A DNA stretch of 63,705 nucleotides, counting the filler, from Octopus bimaculoides (lineage: Eukaryota): assembly GCF_001194135.2 (NCBI RefSeq). It is 8 parts of 5 records of this genome, joined end to end, with 100 filler letters (N's around TTAATTAATTAA, not from the genome) between each part and the next. Parts side by side here need not be neighbours in the genome. Positions count along the whole stretch, not along the records: positions 1 to 17,134 come from NC_068981.1; 7 more parts are not named here. One strand, written 5' to 3'. The position numbers and the translations under genes were made by a program. The notes beneath the pieces are model-generated. The model ran no database searches and was not told the DNA's origin. It saw only the letters and a list, made by a program, of their open reading frames with translations. Shown here piece by piece: positions 1 through 13,090 of the stretch (within the stretch, counting starts at the first letter, position 1; each line of letters begins with the position of its first letter).

Positions 1-345
1 CCAGGGGCAACCTGTCTTGAACTCCTCTGTGATTGCCTGGAGGACTATGATAAATAGGAGGGGGCTGAGGACGGAACCTTGGTGGACCCCTACCTCTACC
101 CGGAATTCATTGCTGTACTCATTTCCAACCCTCACCTTACTGGCAGCATCTCTGTACATGGCTTGCACAGCTCTCACTAACCATTCTTCTATCCCAAGTT
201 TCCTCATTGACCACCAGATAAGGGATCGGGGGACCCTGTCAAAGGCTTTCTCCATGTCAATGAAAGCCAGGTACAGAGGTTTATCCTTGGCTAGGTATTT
301 CTCCTGCAGCTGTCTTACTAGAAATATGGCATCAGTAGTGCTTTT
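1..345 (-). mobile_element. RTE-type LINE, reverse transcriptase core fragment (open, runs off window start)
   Basis: Minus strand reads KSTTDAIFLVRQLQEKYLAKDKPLYLAFIDMEKAFDRVPRSLIWWSMRKLG...VGVHQGSVLSPLLFIIVLQAITEEFKTGCPW, containing the non-LTR RT motifs DxEKAFD and QGxxLSPLLF. Near-identical to 46701-47037. Confidence 0.92.
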
Positions 346-399
346 TTGAACCATTTTAATTTTAATGCTCGTAAACATCATAAGGTGCATACGAGTAAT

Positions 400-935
400 C
401 TGGAACTGTACTCTGGACACAGAGAAAAATACTTGATATCATTCTTGTTAGTTTTCCTAACATCATGGCTGTCTTTGAAATCATTGATTAGGATGACTTT
501 GTCTGGTTTTGAGATCTTAGTAAGCACATGAGCTGCTTTTTGATAAAAACAGTTTTGTCCTAGCTACCAATGGTAGAGTTGGAGCGTAACCACACAGCAA
601 CATAACAGTGACTTTTAGCAAAGGGGAACTCAAAGTGATATCAGTCACTCATTGATGCTGATCAATGCCACTGTATAGGCAGCAGATCGTTCTTTACAGC
701 AAAGCTGGTACCATGTTGGTAATGTCTGCTTTTGATATCCTTTCCAGAAGATGATGTCCCTACCAACAAGCCTTCTTGAAACAATAAATTTATTCACTGA
801 ATACAGGAATATCTAGACTACAGAACTTCAAGCTTACTTGACTATTTGTTGCTTAAATCAGTTTGCCAAAGTTTTGACATCAAGGAGTGTTTGTATATTC
901 CAGATGATTAGTTTGAGCAACACATTTTATTTAGT
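400..935 (-). mobile_element. Degenerate LINE apurinic-like endonuclease region
   Basis: Minus strand, across stops and frameshifts: IIWNIQTLLD, DIPVFSE, IFWKGY, HGTSFAVKND, YAPTL, DKVILINDF, in the order expected for an APE domain. Boundaries approximate. Confidence 0.7.
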
Positions 936-1258
936 CTTTTTTCAGCTGCTAAGTGGAGCATGCTAACTGTCTTGGAATTGTATTGCATGAACAAGTTTAT
1001 GGCAACTTTGTCTGGATTTTTCTGTGTATGGGATGAGTAGTACAGTCCTAAAATAGAAGTACTAAGTTGTGTTAGTTTTGTTGGAAACAAGTTCTCCTAA
1101 ACTGCAGTTATAAATGACTGTTGTTCTTTGTTACTGACATGTAAAGTTCTGAATAGAAGCTTCCAACATAGTGTGTTTTTATTGTCAGACACACCATTGC
1201 TGCTAAAGTTTAGGGATCCAAGTTTTACATTGCATGAGATTAGTATGTAATAAATATA

Positions 1259-1700
1259 TCTATATATATAAAAATGAGAATGTGTGTCTGTCTGTCTGCC
1301 TGTCTGTCTGTGTGAATCCCTAAAACTCGAGAACTACGCAACCAATTTCATTCAAATTTTACACTTGCCTTACTTAGGGTTCCAGTTGTGTTTTAGTCAA
1401 AAAAAATTTTAACTTCTTGCAGAGTTCGAGCCCACAACAACATAATATCTCCTCTACTATTTAAGTATTACGTGTCAAAAGTGAAACAAAAACACTCATG
1501 TCAAATACTTTCACTTTAAAAATGAAACTATTCTACTAACCGAAACAATCACATTTCGATACTGTAATGACAGAAACTTTCAGAGTGAGAGAGAAAGAGA
1601 GAAAGAGAGAGAGAAAGGGAGAGAGAGAGATGTATATGTACACGTTATTCCACTAACTGAAACAATCACATTTTGATACTGTAATGACAGATACTTTCAG

Positions 1701-1731
<31 letters not shown>

Positions 1732-2675
1732 GATGTATATGTACACGTATATGCATAGATATATATATATAGATATAGATCTATATGCATACATGTATAT
1801 GTATACACATGTGTAGATGTATATATATATATATAGATGTACATGTAATATGTACACATATATACATATATATACGTGCATACAGATATCTATACATATA
1901 TACACCCATCACACACAAACNNNNNNNNNNNNNNNNNNNNNNNNNNNNNNNNNNNNNNNNNNNNNNNNNNNNNNNNNNNNNNNNNNNNNNNNNNNNNNNN
2001 NNNNNNNNNNNNNNNNNNNNNNNNNNNNNNNNNNNNNNNNNNNNNNNNNNNNNNNNNNNNNNNNNNNNNNNNNNNNNNNNNNNNNNNNNNNNNNNNNNNN
2101 NNNNNNNNNNNNNNNNNNNNNNNNNNNNNNNNNNNNNNNNNNNNNNNNNNNNNNNNNNNNNNNNNNNNNNNNNNNNNNNNNNNNNNNNNNNNNNNNNNNN
2201 NNNNNNNNNNNNNNNNNNNNNNNNNNNNNNNNNNNNNNNNNNNNNNNNNNNNNNNNNNNNNNNNNNNNNNNNNNNNNNNNNNNNNNNNNNNNNNNNNNNN
2301 NNNNCAGATATACTTTCATTGTGATTTCTGCAATGTGGTGCATAAATTGTCAAGTAAATGAGACGCATCTTTGCCTCCACTGATTCACTTGCAAAGTGTT
2401 GAGTAAAATTATTTCGTTGCAGACATCCTTTGGGTCTTTTTATTATCACTACGACACACATAGTCCCCAGTTGGTAACATTGATTTCAAGGCCCTCCTAC
2501 ATGAGAGACTGGCATTCCACTTAATGTCTATGTTCCATGCTGGCATGGATTGGAGAGTTATTAATGTAGAAATATGGTATCGTAGCTACTAACAGTTGAG
2601 GGTTGCGTAGTCTAGACGGCGTTTTTAGATTTCATTATTCTCTTTAACCCGGGAAAAGCCGGGTATTTCTGCTAG
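1259..2675 (+). mobile_element. Non-autonomous Helitron, both ends present (internal N gap)
   Basis: Starts A|TC (1259), ends CTAG|T (2672-2675), with hairpin ACCCGG-gaaaag-CCGGGT at 2647-2664. The 5' part recurs at 28974-29324. Confidence 0.8.
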
Positions 2676-4229
2676 TATCTTAATAATATTTGAAATTAGT
2701 TGTAAAAAAAATAATGCAGAAAATGAAATGCTTTCAGTTTGGGACTGAAACTAGATCACAATTCGACTGTCAGATTATGATCTACAAAGTGCTTACCTCC
2801 TCTAAATTGCTTCCAGATTAGGTATTTTGCTAATAGAAAAAACATATTTCTACTTATATGCATGCATTTTTTTGTATGAATGTAATCAAAGTAAATAGTA
2901 AGGAAGAAGTAAAATATTGGTGTTTGTAGCTGTTAAATCTGATAGTGTTTCATGTGCCCTCTTTAGCAACAACTTTCAGAGATTGCTTTTCACTTTTCTC
3001 TGAAATTCTTTCAATATTTTGATTAACCAGTCTTTTCCAGTTATGTCCATTTTAAATAATAACTCTTCTTTTTAGCTTTATTGATTTTGTTTTTCATTTT
3101 CAAAGCAGACTGTTGTCTCATAGGAACAACATTATGTAAATACAGCTTTTTACATTTCATTGGTTTGAATTTATTAATTCCATTTCACTACTGCTTCATT
3201 GTACTTGTTACAAAGTTGAGCTTCTATCATTGCATTAATCTTTATGACCAATTGATCCTATTCTTTATAGCTGCCTCATTTGCCTTTTGACCTGCTAAAA
3301 ATTGTAGCCAAATTTCTTCCGTATCTTAGAAAAGAGCATTTTTGATAATGTGGTCCTGGAAAAAGATAGAATGAACAAGGAAAAATGTTTCTTTTAGTAA
3401 CTGTTCAATTATTGCTTTGGACAGACATTATTTAAAATAATTCCCACTATAATTTTTTTTATCTTGTCCCATTGTAAATCATGTGTTCAACAATTTCTAT
3501 ATATTATGATGTTCTAATAATACATGTTTATTACAGTTTATCTTTCCTTTACTCATATAAGTTTATCTCTCATATATTATCGCTATCATCATCTAACACT
3601 ATCTTCCGTGTTGGTGTGGCTTGGGTGGTTCAATATGATCCAGCAGACTAAACTCCAGTGTCTGTTGGCATTTTTTCTATGGTTGGATGCCCTTCCTTAT
3701 ACCAATCCCTTTAGAGTGTGTATTGTGTGCTTTTTTCTTGGCACCAATGCTTGTTAGAACTCTCAACTGAGAAGGGGGTGTAGTAGAGAGGGAGGCACTT
3801 TATACCAAGTGTTCGGAGACAGGGACATGTGTCTTGCTGTAGAGGAGACACATGGTTATAAGGGTGAGTGAGAATAGCTGAAAAGAAAGATATAGATGGT
3901 GGTGATGTGGTGTTAGGGTGTACTTTCAAGGTACAAGAAGAGAAAGGGAGATGAAGGTCAGCAGTACATAGGGATGGATTTAGTGAGTGGCAAATAAGTG
4001 GTGGTGGTGGTGGTGGTATTGATAGCAGATATGAAAGGACATTGAAAAGGATAACAGATATAAGATGATGTTAATAGTGAGGTGTAGCAGCCATAAAATG
4101 TAGCTTAGGGAAAATGGAGAGATAATTAGTGGCACAGTAAAGAGTGATCAGTGGAAAATGAAATGGAAAGGGATGATATTAGACCTGAGGGATAGGTGAC
4201 AAAAATTGGTGGTAACTGGCAGTCATTTT

Positions 4230-4840
4230 AGGCCTTTGTGACCTCATCTGTGAGGTTCAACATCCTGAGGTTGGTCTTCAGTATTTCTTCCTCTGTCTAT
4301 ATCTTTACGGTTTCCATCCATATTTAGTGATCAACATTTCTTTATGCCACTATCCTTATTTATATCCCTCGCATGACCATACCAGTACCATTTTCTGTCT
4401 TGCACATTACACCTGATTCCTCTTTTGCTCATATTTTTTGTCAACACATTTGTATTTTGTCGTATATACACACTGACATTGTACATTTAATGGAGTATCC
4501 TAGCTTCATTTCTTTCCAATCTTCATATATCCACTGCATTCAGGATCCATGTTTCACTGTCAAATAGGATTGCTGTTTGTATGCATGTATCATACAATCT
4601 GCCTTTCACTCTGGAAGAGAGAGAGAGACCTTCTGAAACCAGCAGTGATAATAGCTCTGTGAATTTTCTTCCGCCAATTCTTAGTTTTGCAACTATATTT
4701 TCAGAATATCCTCCTTCTCTACTAATTAGGTTATCTAGGTAACAGAAAGTATCTGCTATCTCTAAGGATTCTCCTGGGCATTTGAAGAAACCTATTTCCT
4801 GTGTATTCTTAGTGTTTACTGCTCTTGTGCACCAGTCACA
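4230..4840 (-). mobile_element. Degenerate RTE LINE, C-terminal ORF region
   Basis: Homologous to 52900-53480 (FCYLDNL and KGRLYDTC-like motifs on the minus strand); many stops. Confidence 0.65.
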
Positions 4841-5793
4841 TGTAAAGTCTACTTTTTTTTGTTATCTTTCTTGTGCATCCATAGTTTGCCATTGGCACAA
4901 TATATAAATTTTTTATCTCTCTCTTTCCTACATATCAATCAAGGCCATTTCTCTGATGGGAGTAGAATCTTGCCTGCTGCTCTGATTTTTGGAACTATAG
5001 TCTGTGCCAAGCTAAATTTAATAAATAACTTTAAGAAAATAAATTGAGCACACACACACACACACTCTCTCTCTCTCCCTTCCCCCTCTCCCTTCCCCCT
5101 CTCCCTTNNNNNNNNNNNNNNNNNNNNNNNNNNNNNNNNNNNNNNNNNNNNNNNNNNNNNNNNNNNNNNNNNNNNNNNNNNNNNNNNNNNNNNNNNNNNN
5201 NNNNNNNNNNNNNNNNNNNNNNNNNNNNNNNNNNNNNNNNNNNNNNNNNNNNNNNNNNNNNNNNNTCCCCCTCTCCCCCTCTCTCTAATAAATCCAGACA
5301 GATATCTATAAAGCACTGTGTGAAATGAATTTGGTTACCTATATCAAACAATCAGATACCAAGAAATCCAAGTAGAATTAACATTCAAAGTAATTCTTCA
5401 TGTATGCATATGGGAACCGGTATTAAGGAAGGATAGGAAAATGCTAGATTTATAAACCCTAAAATTCACTCCATTATTGCCCACGGGCATATGCCATAGT
5501 GGTTAAGAGCACATGCATAATTCCTTATCTCTTAAATATAGAACTGTATTATAGACTACATTTAGTACAATGTGTGTTTCTTGATTAACTTCAGGACTAT
5601 TGATATACTGAGTCAGGTACAGGTAATCGTATGCATAATCTGAATATCTTTCTGCCTGTACTTTGGTACCTGCATATGTATTCCACTATTTTTTGGTGTA
5701 CACATTTTACTTTTCGACCCAACCTGGTGCCTTACCAATTAAGTGCCTGATTCACTTGAACCCTGATCTGTTATAATATGTATACATGAATAC

Positions 5794-5830
<37 letters not shown>

Positions 5831-5893
5831 CGTGCGTGTGTGTGTGCATGTGTGTGTGTGTGCATGTGTGTGTGTGAGTGAGTGAGTAAGTGA

Positions 5894-5925
<32 letters not shown>

Positions 5926-6599
5926 ATATGTGGGTGCATGGCCTAGTGGCCAGGGTGTTGCACTCATGATTGTGAGATTATGGTTAAATTTCTGGATTAG
6001 GTGGTGTGTTGTGTTCTTGAGCAAGGCACTTCACTTCACATTGTTCTTTGGTCATTTCAACACCTGATATGTGATACACCCTGCATCTATTCTGGCAACA
6101 TCGATTTGATGGAAGGTGTACCTACATTTGATCACTATAAAGAAATCATTAGTGCAGGTTGTTCAGCAAGAAATTGCAGAATCATTCTCAGATTACAGGA
6201 GACTACCGTCTTATATGTGTATATATATGTGTATGTGTGAGTGTGTATATCATCAACATTTAATGTCTGTTGTCCATGCTGGCACAGGTTGGACAGTGTG
6301 ACCAGGGCTGGTAAGCTGAGAGGCTGCATTAGACTCTAGCCTGATTTGGCATGGTTTCTATGACTGGATGCCCTACCTAATGCCAACCACAAGTGTGTGT
6401 GTGTGTGTGTGTATGCACGCACATACACACACAACACATTGCCTATTCCAGGAATTTGACTGTGATCTCACCATCATGAGAGCAACACCCTAACCACTGG
6501 GTTAGAGAGAGAAAGAGAGAGGGAGAGTGTGTGTGTGTGTCAGTTTGTTTGGATGAAGTTAGAAAAGGACGCATAGCTCATTAAGCTGCATTTGAAAAC

Positions 6600-7740
6600 A
6601 AATTGGTACAAATAATCTTGAGAATCCTTTCATCACACCTATTCAGAGAATCCATCTTAAATATGAATGGCTGCTTCAATATAAGGTCAGAAGCATTGAC
6701 ATGCTCCAATTTGGTGATCTTTCTCAGTTTTGGACATAATGCTGGCTATGGTGGACTTGAGAGATTGTATGGTGTTATGTGGATGTTGATTGACCTGTCT
6801 CTTGACTATGCCCCATATGTTATAGTCCAGTGGATTGAGGTCTGATAAGCTAGAAGGTCATGTGTCTGGGAGAACATGATCATGGAGATAGGCATGCATC
6901 CATGCTTCAGTGGCCCTAGCCATATGAGATGGTACAGAGTCTAGTCGGAAGATGTATGGACTTCCCTGGTATACTCTGTCTATCCAAGGCCTCACAACTT
7001 TCGCCAACACCTCTGTGTAAACAATGGCATTGACTCTTAATCACTGTGAGAAAAAATGAGGAGGAATGATATTTCCCTTGTTGCTGATGACTCCCATAAC
7101 CATCACAGTTGCTTGGAACTTAGTATGCATGACCATTGAAACCTCATTCATGTCTCTGCATAACCATCTGTTGTTCCTTTTGGTCCTGATCAAAGTTTTC
7201 CTCATCAGAGAAAAACCAAAGCATTTCAACCTCTTGATGTTTTAACTTGTTTAACAAGTGCTTTGCACAGATCATACAATTTCCTCATCACATCCAAAAT
7301 AAACTGACCACTCTGCATCTCATACAACTTGTACTGGACATCTTCATGCACAATTCTTCAGATGGTGCATTCTGAAACCTTGAAATCCTCTGCAATGGCT
7401 CTAATTGACTTTCTAGGATTTTTATTGAATATTTCTTGGACATTTTGTACAAAGTTGTGTTATGATGGTATTAGGATCCTGTGCATGTACTTTGCCTTTA
7501 GCTGCTGATGTTGGAGTCCCATCAGCAGCTTCCAGCTTTTTCCAACTTTGACAATGAAGGATCGAACAATTTTCAGGAAACCAACTATCTCTGTATCACT
7601 ATGCTGTGCTTTTAAGGCAACAGTTACAGCATGGTTTTTCATTTGTTGAGTTAATCTGATGTCTGACATTATTTATTTGAAAAGAAGGTAAAAAAAAATA
7701 AGAAGAATGACCTCTTGAAGAGGTGTCCTCAAAAAGGTGA
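6600..7740 (-). mobile_element. maT/DD37D-like mariner transposon, degenerate
   Basis: Minus-strand pieces MSDIRLTQQMKNHAVTVALKAQHSDTEI and RNNRWLC...VMHTKFQATVMVMGVISNKGNIIPPHFF; homologous to 13091-14150. Confidence 0.8.
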
Positions 7741-9355
7741 TGCAACATGTGTGTGTGTGTGTGTGTGTGTGTATGTATGCATGTGTGTGTGTGTACATGA
7801 ATATAATAATATTGGTGTAGAACTATAAATATCTAGTAATAAAACGATTGCTGCTGATGGAGGCAGCAATGGTTTCTGAGCAGCATCTCTCACTTAAAAC
7901 ATGTGCTTTAGTGCAATTAATTATCATCTGCTCAATCATAACTTACTTTTGTTTATAAAACATGGACAGAGACAGACAATGTAAACTAGCAGGGAAGAAT
8001 GAAAAGGCTAAGGGTACAATATAGACAGAAGCAGAGGTTGAATTTACTAGAACAAGCACAGGATCAGCAGCTTAGAAGAAAAGAAATTATGAATGAAAGA
8101 GAATGTAATGTGTGTTTACAAAGATGAAAAAAAGTTCAAATTAAAATCCAAAATAAAATTTAATGAAAATATCAAGAAAACTGGAAACGCATGATTAAAT
8201 ATTACAACATCGACAATATAAGTATTGTTTGTAATCATTGTGAAACTCAAGATGTGAGAATATAGCTTTCAGATGTGTTGTTTCTTGAGATTGCACTTTC
8301 AGTACTACTTATGTGGACTTTTACCCCATTTCAAAAATCAAACACTTCAGAAAATATAGTATTCCATCTTACAATTTTCAGAGTAACCATTGAATTGCAA
8401 TGGGTACTGCTAGTATAATGTTAATAGGCTTTCTGATTTGCCATGTATTTCATTAAATGACATTTATTTCATTAAATAACATTTATTTATACAGAACACA
8501 GCATAAGTGAAAAGTTTCAAATCCTGTGTAATGCAAATGCATCCACAATATTCAAAAGCCTTATAGTGTGAAGTTGACAGATCACATAAAAAAAATCCTA
8601 TATTTCTCTTCAGCAAATAAAAAAATAGCTGGCAAGTCTTTTATATTTTGAGGATAATTGTCTCCTCAGTAGAAAAGGCATGTCTTTATTCTTTAGCTAT
8701 TTGGAGGATTAACAATTTAAATTCATCATGTGTATGTGTGTATAATGTTTTTAAAATGCTTATTAAAGTGCATGAGATATAAATCAATGTGTTGGGTCTC
8801 TAGGTTCTATTACACCTCAGATGAAATGCCTGGAAAGAAAAAGGATGTAATTAATATAATTATAGTTGGTAGGGATGATTTAATTCTATTTGAACAAAAT
8901 CTCTGCACTAGAAAATCATAAAGGGACAACTTTGATATAATGGTGGGTTCTAACTCTGCACAAACCACTAACATGGTTTGATTGTTCCTACTACATCATC
9001 TTAAGAATATATTCCAAAAAATTGGTAGGGGTTTATTCTAAAATGATGCTTTATTAAGTCTTATGAATTTTAATCCTTTAGCTGCCAGAATGATTTTATA
9101 ATGGATTAAAGAAGTTTTTCATGACTATTAATCTTCCTATTCATTTCGAATGGTATAATGATAATAAAAAAAAGATTTTATGATGTTTCTCTTGACCTGA
9201 ATACTGGTTTGTACTACTCTTTTCATAAATCTAACAACCATCTGCATTATATTCACAGATTATCTAATCACTCTAAGTCTATGACTAATAACTTAGAAAT
9301 ACATCGTTAAGTGTTTCAAAGCTGTTAGCCAATGAAAATACATTCCAGAATAATG

Positions 9356-9790
9356 AATGGAATTATAATGAAACACTAAGTAAGTGTGATGTAGTGAAAG
9401 TAATTTTGAAAACATGTCTAAGAAACAAATCCAGTGTACATTATTTACATTATTTACATTATTTACATTTGATGGATATTTGTCCTCATCTTGTTTGTTG
9501 TTAACACAACGTTTTGGCTGATATACCCTCCAGCCTTCATTAGGTGTCTTGGGGAAATTTTGAACCCAATGGAATTATAATGAGACACTAAGTAAGTGTG
9601 ATGTAGTGAAAGTAATTTTGAAAACATGTCTAAGAAACAAATCCAGTGTACATTATTTACACTATTTACATTTGATAGATATCTGTCCTCATCTTGTATG
9701 TTGTTAACATGTTTTGGCTGATATACCCTCCAGCCTTCATTAGGTGACTTGGGGAAATTTTGAACCTGGGTTCTCATTCCTAAGGTATTT
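9356..9790 (-). repeat. ~210 bp tandem duplication, each unit carrying a short hammerhead-like repeat
   Basis: Units 9356-9567 and 9568-9766. The embedded element recurs in reverse at 11026-11165. Confidence 0.85.
9503..9548 (-). ncRNA. Degenerate minimal type I hammerhead-like motif
   Basis: GACAC-CUAAUGA-A-GGCUG(10 nt)CAGCC-AAAA-CGU-U-GUGUU: helices I and II intact, ACGU palindromic helix III, two core G>A changes. Confidence 0.55.
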
Positions 9791-9854
9791 TTCAATGTCA
9801 TTATTGTTGTTGTTATTATTATTCCAGGCAGTGACCTGAATAATAATAATAATA

Positions 9855-10128
9855 CCGGAATGGGCTACTCAACCTGAAGAAAATTCTAACTAGGCCCCAC
9901 TTGCGAGGTCATACGCTGTTTACCTTGATATGAGATCACCATGTCGCGCACATATGGTTGTGATGCATGTGCCTGGTGTACCCTTATCAGACAGGTAGTA
10001 ATGATGGGTNNNNNNNNNNCCCTTATCAGACAGGTAGTAATGATGGGTATAATGGGCTTTGTATATTTTACCCCAGTGTCACTTTGATGGCATGCACTGC
10101 TCTCTCACACAATAATTATAATAATAAT
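9855..10128 (+). mobile_element. 3' fragment of an (AAT)n-tailed retroelement in an (AAT)n tract
   Basis: Reverse-complement homolog at 49165-49822; (AAT)n on both sides. Confidence 0.7.
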
Positions 10129-10132
10129 GACA

Positions 10133-11025
10133 ATGAAGCCAGTATTCTCTGCTGGATGTGTAATGTCCGTGTGCATACTCGATGAGTATAAGTGCCTTGA
10201 GAGAAAAGTTGGACCTAAGAAGCATCAGATGTGGTGTGCAAGAGAGACGACTGCGCTGGTATAGTCATGTGGTGTGAATGGATGAGGATAGCTGTGTGAA
10301 AAAGTGTCACACCCTAGCAGTTGAGGGAAACTGTGGAAGAGGTAGACCCAGGAAGACCTGGGATGAGGTGGTGAAGCACGACCTTCGAACATTAGGCCTC
10401 ACCGAGACAATGACTAGTGACCGAGACCTTTGGAAATATGCTGTGCTTGAGAAGACCTGGCAAGCCAAGTGAGACCATAACACATGGCCTATGCCAGTGG
10501 TGTAACCAGCCCACTTAGGCGTACATTTCTTTCATGGGACCCTAAACTCTGCTTCGAAGACCTGTTGATGCAAGTGAAATCGAAATCAAATTCAATGACA
10601 GCACTGCATGACTGGCATCCGTGCTAGTGGAGTGCTAAGGAGCACCATCCGAGCGTGATCGTTGCCAGCGCCATTGACTGGCCCCGTGCTGGTGGCACGT
10701 AAAAAGTACCATTCGAGTGTGATCGTTACTAGCATTGACTTACTGGCATTTGTGCCGGTGGTATGTGAAAAACATCATTCGAGCGAGGACGCTGTCAATG
10801 CCACTGGACTGGCTCCTGTGCAGGTGACATGTAAAAGCACCATTTGAATTACCAGTACTGCTTGACTGGCCCTTGTGCCGGTGGCACGTAAAAGTACCCA
10901 CTACACTCTCAGAGTGGTTGGCGTTAGGAAGGGCGTCCAGCTGTAGAAACTCTGCGAGATCAAACCCAGTCAAACCGTCCAACCCATGCCAGCATGGAAA
11001 GCATACGTTAAACGATGATGATGAT
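10133..11025 (+). mobile_element. 5'-truncated RTE LINE: ORF C-terminus, 3' UTR and (GAT)n tail
   Basis: RRLRWYSHV..MDEDSCVKKCHTLAVEGNCGRGRPRKTWDEVVKHDLRTLGL...DRDLWKYAV* is a typical RTE C-terminus; ends GATGATGATGAT at 11014-11025. Confidence 0.9.
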
Positions 11026-11165
11026 CGAAAAATACCTTAGGAATGAGAACTCAGGTTCAAAATTTCCCCAAGACACCCAATGAAGGCTGGAGAGTATATC
11101 AGCCGAAACGTGTTAACAACAAACAAGATGACAAATATCCATCAAATGTAAATAATGTACATAAT
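11026..11165 (+). mobile_element. Short hammerhead-like repeat (same family as 9356-9790)
   Basis: GGCTG/CAGCC stem followed by GAAACGT at 11085-11111; core reads CCAATGA. Confidence 0.65.
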
Positions 11166-11189
11166 TCCTCATCTCTTTTATTCTTTTAC

Positions 11190-11582
11190 GTATTTCAGTC
11201 ATTTGACTGTGGCCATGCTGGAGCACCACCTTTAGTTGAGCATATCAATTTATTCTTTGTAAACCTAGTACTTATTCTATCGGGCTCTTTTGCCGAACCG
11301 CTATGTTACAGGGATGTAAACACACCACCATCGGTTGTCAAGCGATGTTGGGGGGACAAACACAGACACATAAACATACACACACACATACATACATACA
11401 TATATATACACATATATATGACGGGCTTCTTTCAGTTTCCGTCTACCAAATCCACTTACAAGGCTTTGGTCAGCCCGAGGCTATAGTAGAAGACACTTGC
11501 CCAAGGTCCCACGCAGTGGGATTGAACCCGGAACCATGTGGTTCGTAAGCAAGCTACTTACCACACAGCCGCTCCTACACCT
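11190..11582 (-). mobile_element. tRNA-derived SINE, family C (CORE-like centre, internal microsatellite)
   Basis: Minus head GTGGCTGTGTGGTAAGTAGCTTGC...GGTTCAATCCC (A/B-box-like), then CCTTGGGCAAGTGTCTTC; many copies in the window. Confidence 0.85.
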
Positions 11583-11869
11583 TAAATGTAGAACTGTATA
11601 AATCCAGTATAATTTCTAATACTACAACTAAATATCTTACTTAATGTTTACTCAAAGAGGTAATAATAGGGAAAATGAAGTAACTGTAGTAATAGCTCTA
11701 AATTTCTGGCTAATGTTAATTCAAGAATAATATAGTAAATAAAAGTAAAAATATAATTGTGATTAAACTTAAACCTATAATATAAATTGAAATGTGAATG
11801 TGAAAACCAACATAAACCCATTTATAATATAGATTTGGTTTACATCACCAGAGCCTTAGTTTCAAATTT

Positions 11870-12070
11870 TGACACAGGGCCAGAAATTTTTGAGGGGAGA
11901 GGTTGTTGATTACACCAACCCTGGTACTTAATTGGTACTTATTTTATTGACTTTGAAAGGATAAAAGGCAAAGTCAATCTCAACAGAATTTGAATTTAGA
12001 ATGTAAAGACAAGCAAAATGTGACCAAGCATTTTGTTCAGTGTGCTAATAATTCTGCCAGCTCACTGCCT
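11870..12070 (-). mobile_element. SINE family D, degenerate
   Basis: Homologous to 25768-25985 (GTGAGCTGGCAGAAT...GACTTTGCCTTT...AAGTACCA). Confidence 0.7.
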
Positions 12071-13090
12071 TAATAAAGGTAGTAATAATAAGACTACAAA
12101 TATATTGTTAATGGTAATAACAATAATAATAATAATAATATAATTCTAAAGAGAGAAGTTGTATAAGATCATCCATAAGTGGAGATTCCATTGTAGATCT
12201 CTGCAACTTTAAAACTAATTCTAATAAGAACACTAACAAATTGCTTGATCTAGGGTGTACAATTATTAAGAAAAAGATAGGAAAAGAAACAGCACATAAT
12301 GTAATCCTTATTAGAAATTCTAAATTTAATAGCACTTTCTTTACATTGAGTATTAGGAAATTTGCCTATTTAGAATTAATTTTTCAATTAATATTTATCA
12401 GAAATATTTTTTTTAAAAAAGAGAGCAATGATAAAAAAAATATAAAGTACTGATTATGAGCAATGAGGAATCAAATGAATTAGGAGAGAAAGTCGACTAA
12501 AAAACAAAACAATTATAGACTGGATTTTCTGTTTGCTTTGTAATGACAAATTGTCATTTAAGTATGTTTGTAATTGCAAGTAAGACAGATATTTACAACT
12601 GGCAATTATTATTATGGGATTAACAAGTAGAGATACATCTAGTGGAGACCTTTCGTTTGCACACAGATAAAGTATAGTTTGCTTTTCAAATAGCTGAGAT
12701 ATTTTGAGTTAAAGTCAATTTTAGGCGTTACTTAGCAATTTTTTAGCTACTTAAAGCTGCATAACTTTTTTCTATCTAATATTTTTTAACAAAGTTTTTA
12801 CTCATTGAGTTCTTTTAAATAATCATAATTAAAGTATAGTTTTTCTTTTAAATAACTGAGAGATTACAAGTCACTGTAAATATTAAGCATTACTTTCCCT
12901 ACACTTTTTATGATAACTTTTTTTCTATTGAACTAAATTTCAGTTATTTTATGTCAAAATGTAGCTTACCACTGGTCCATCATAGTGCAAAAAACTGAAT
13001 TAGTGGTAAAGCATTTAATTGGCTGTGAGTGAGTAAAATTTGACCTTAAGAATATTATTCACACAGTCCCATGTTTGAATGATATATATA

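Noticed and set aside
8787-8840. Possible 43 nt micro-exon (AG|...FYYTSDEMPGKKKD|GT)
   Set aside because: No partner exons or recognisable protein; more likely decayed transposon sequence. Transcript mapping would decide.
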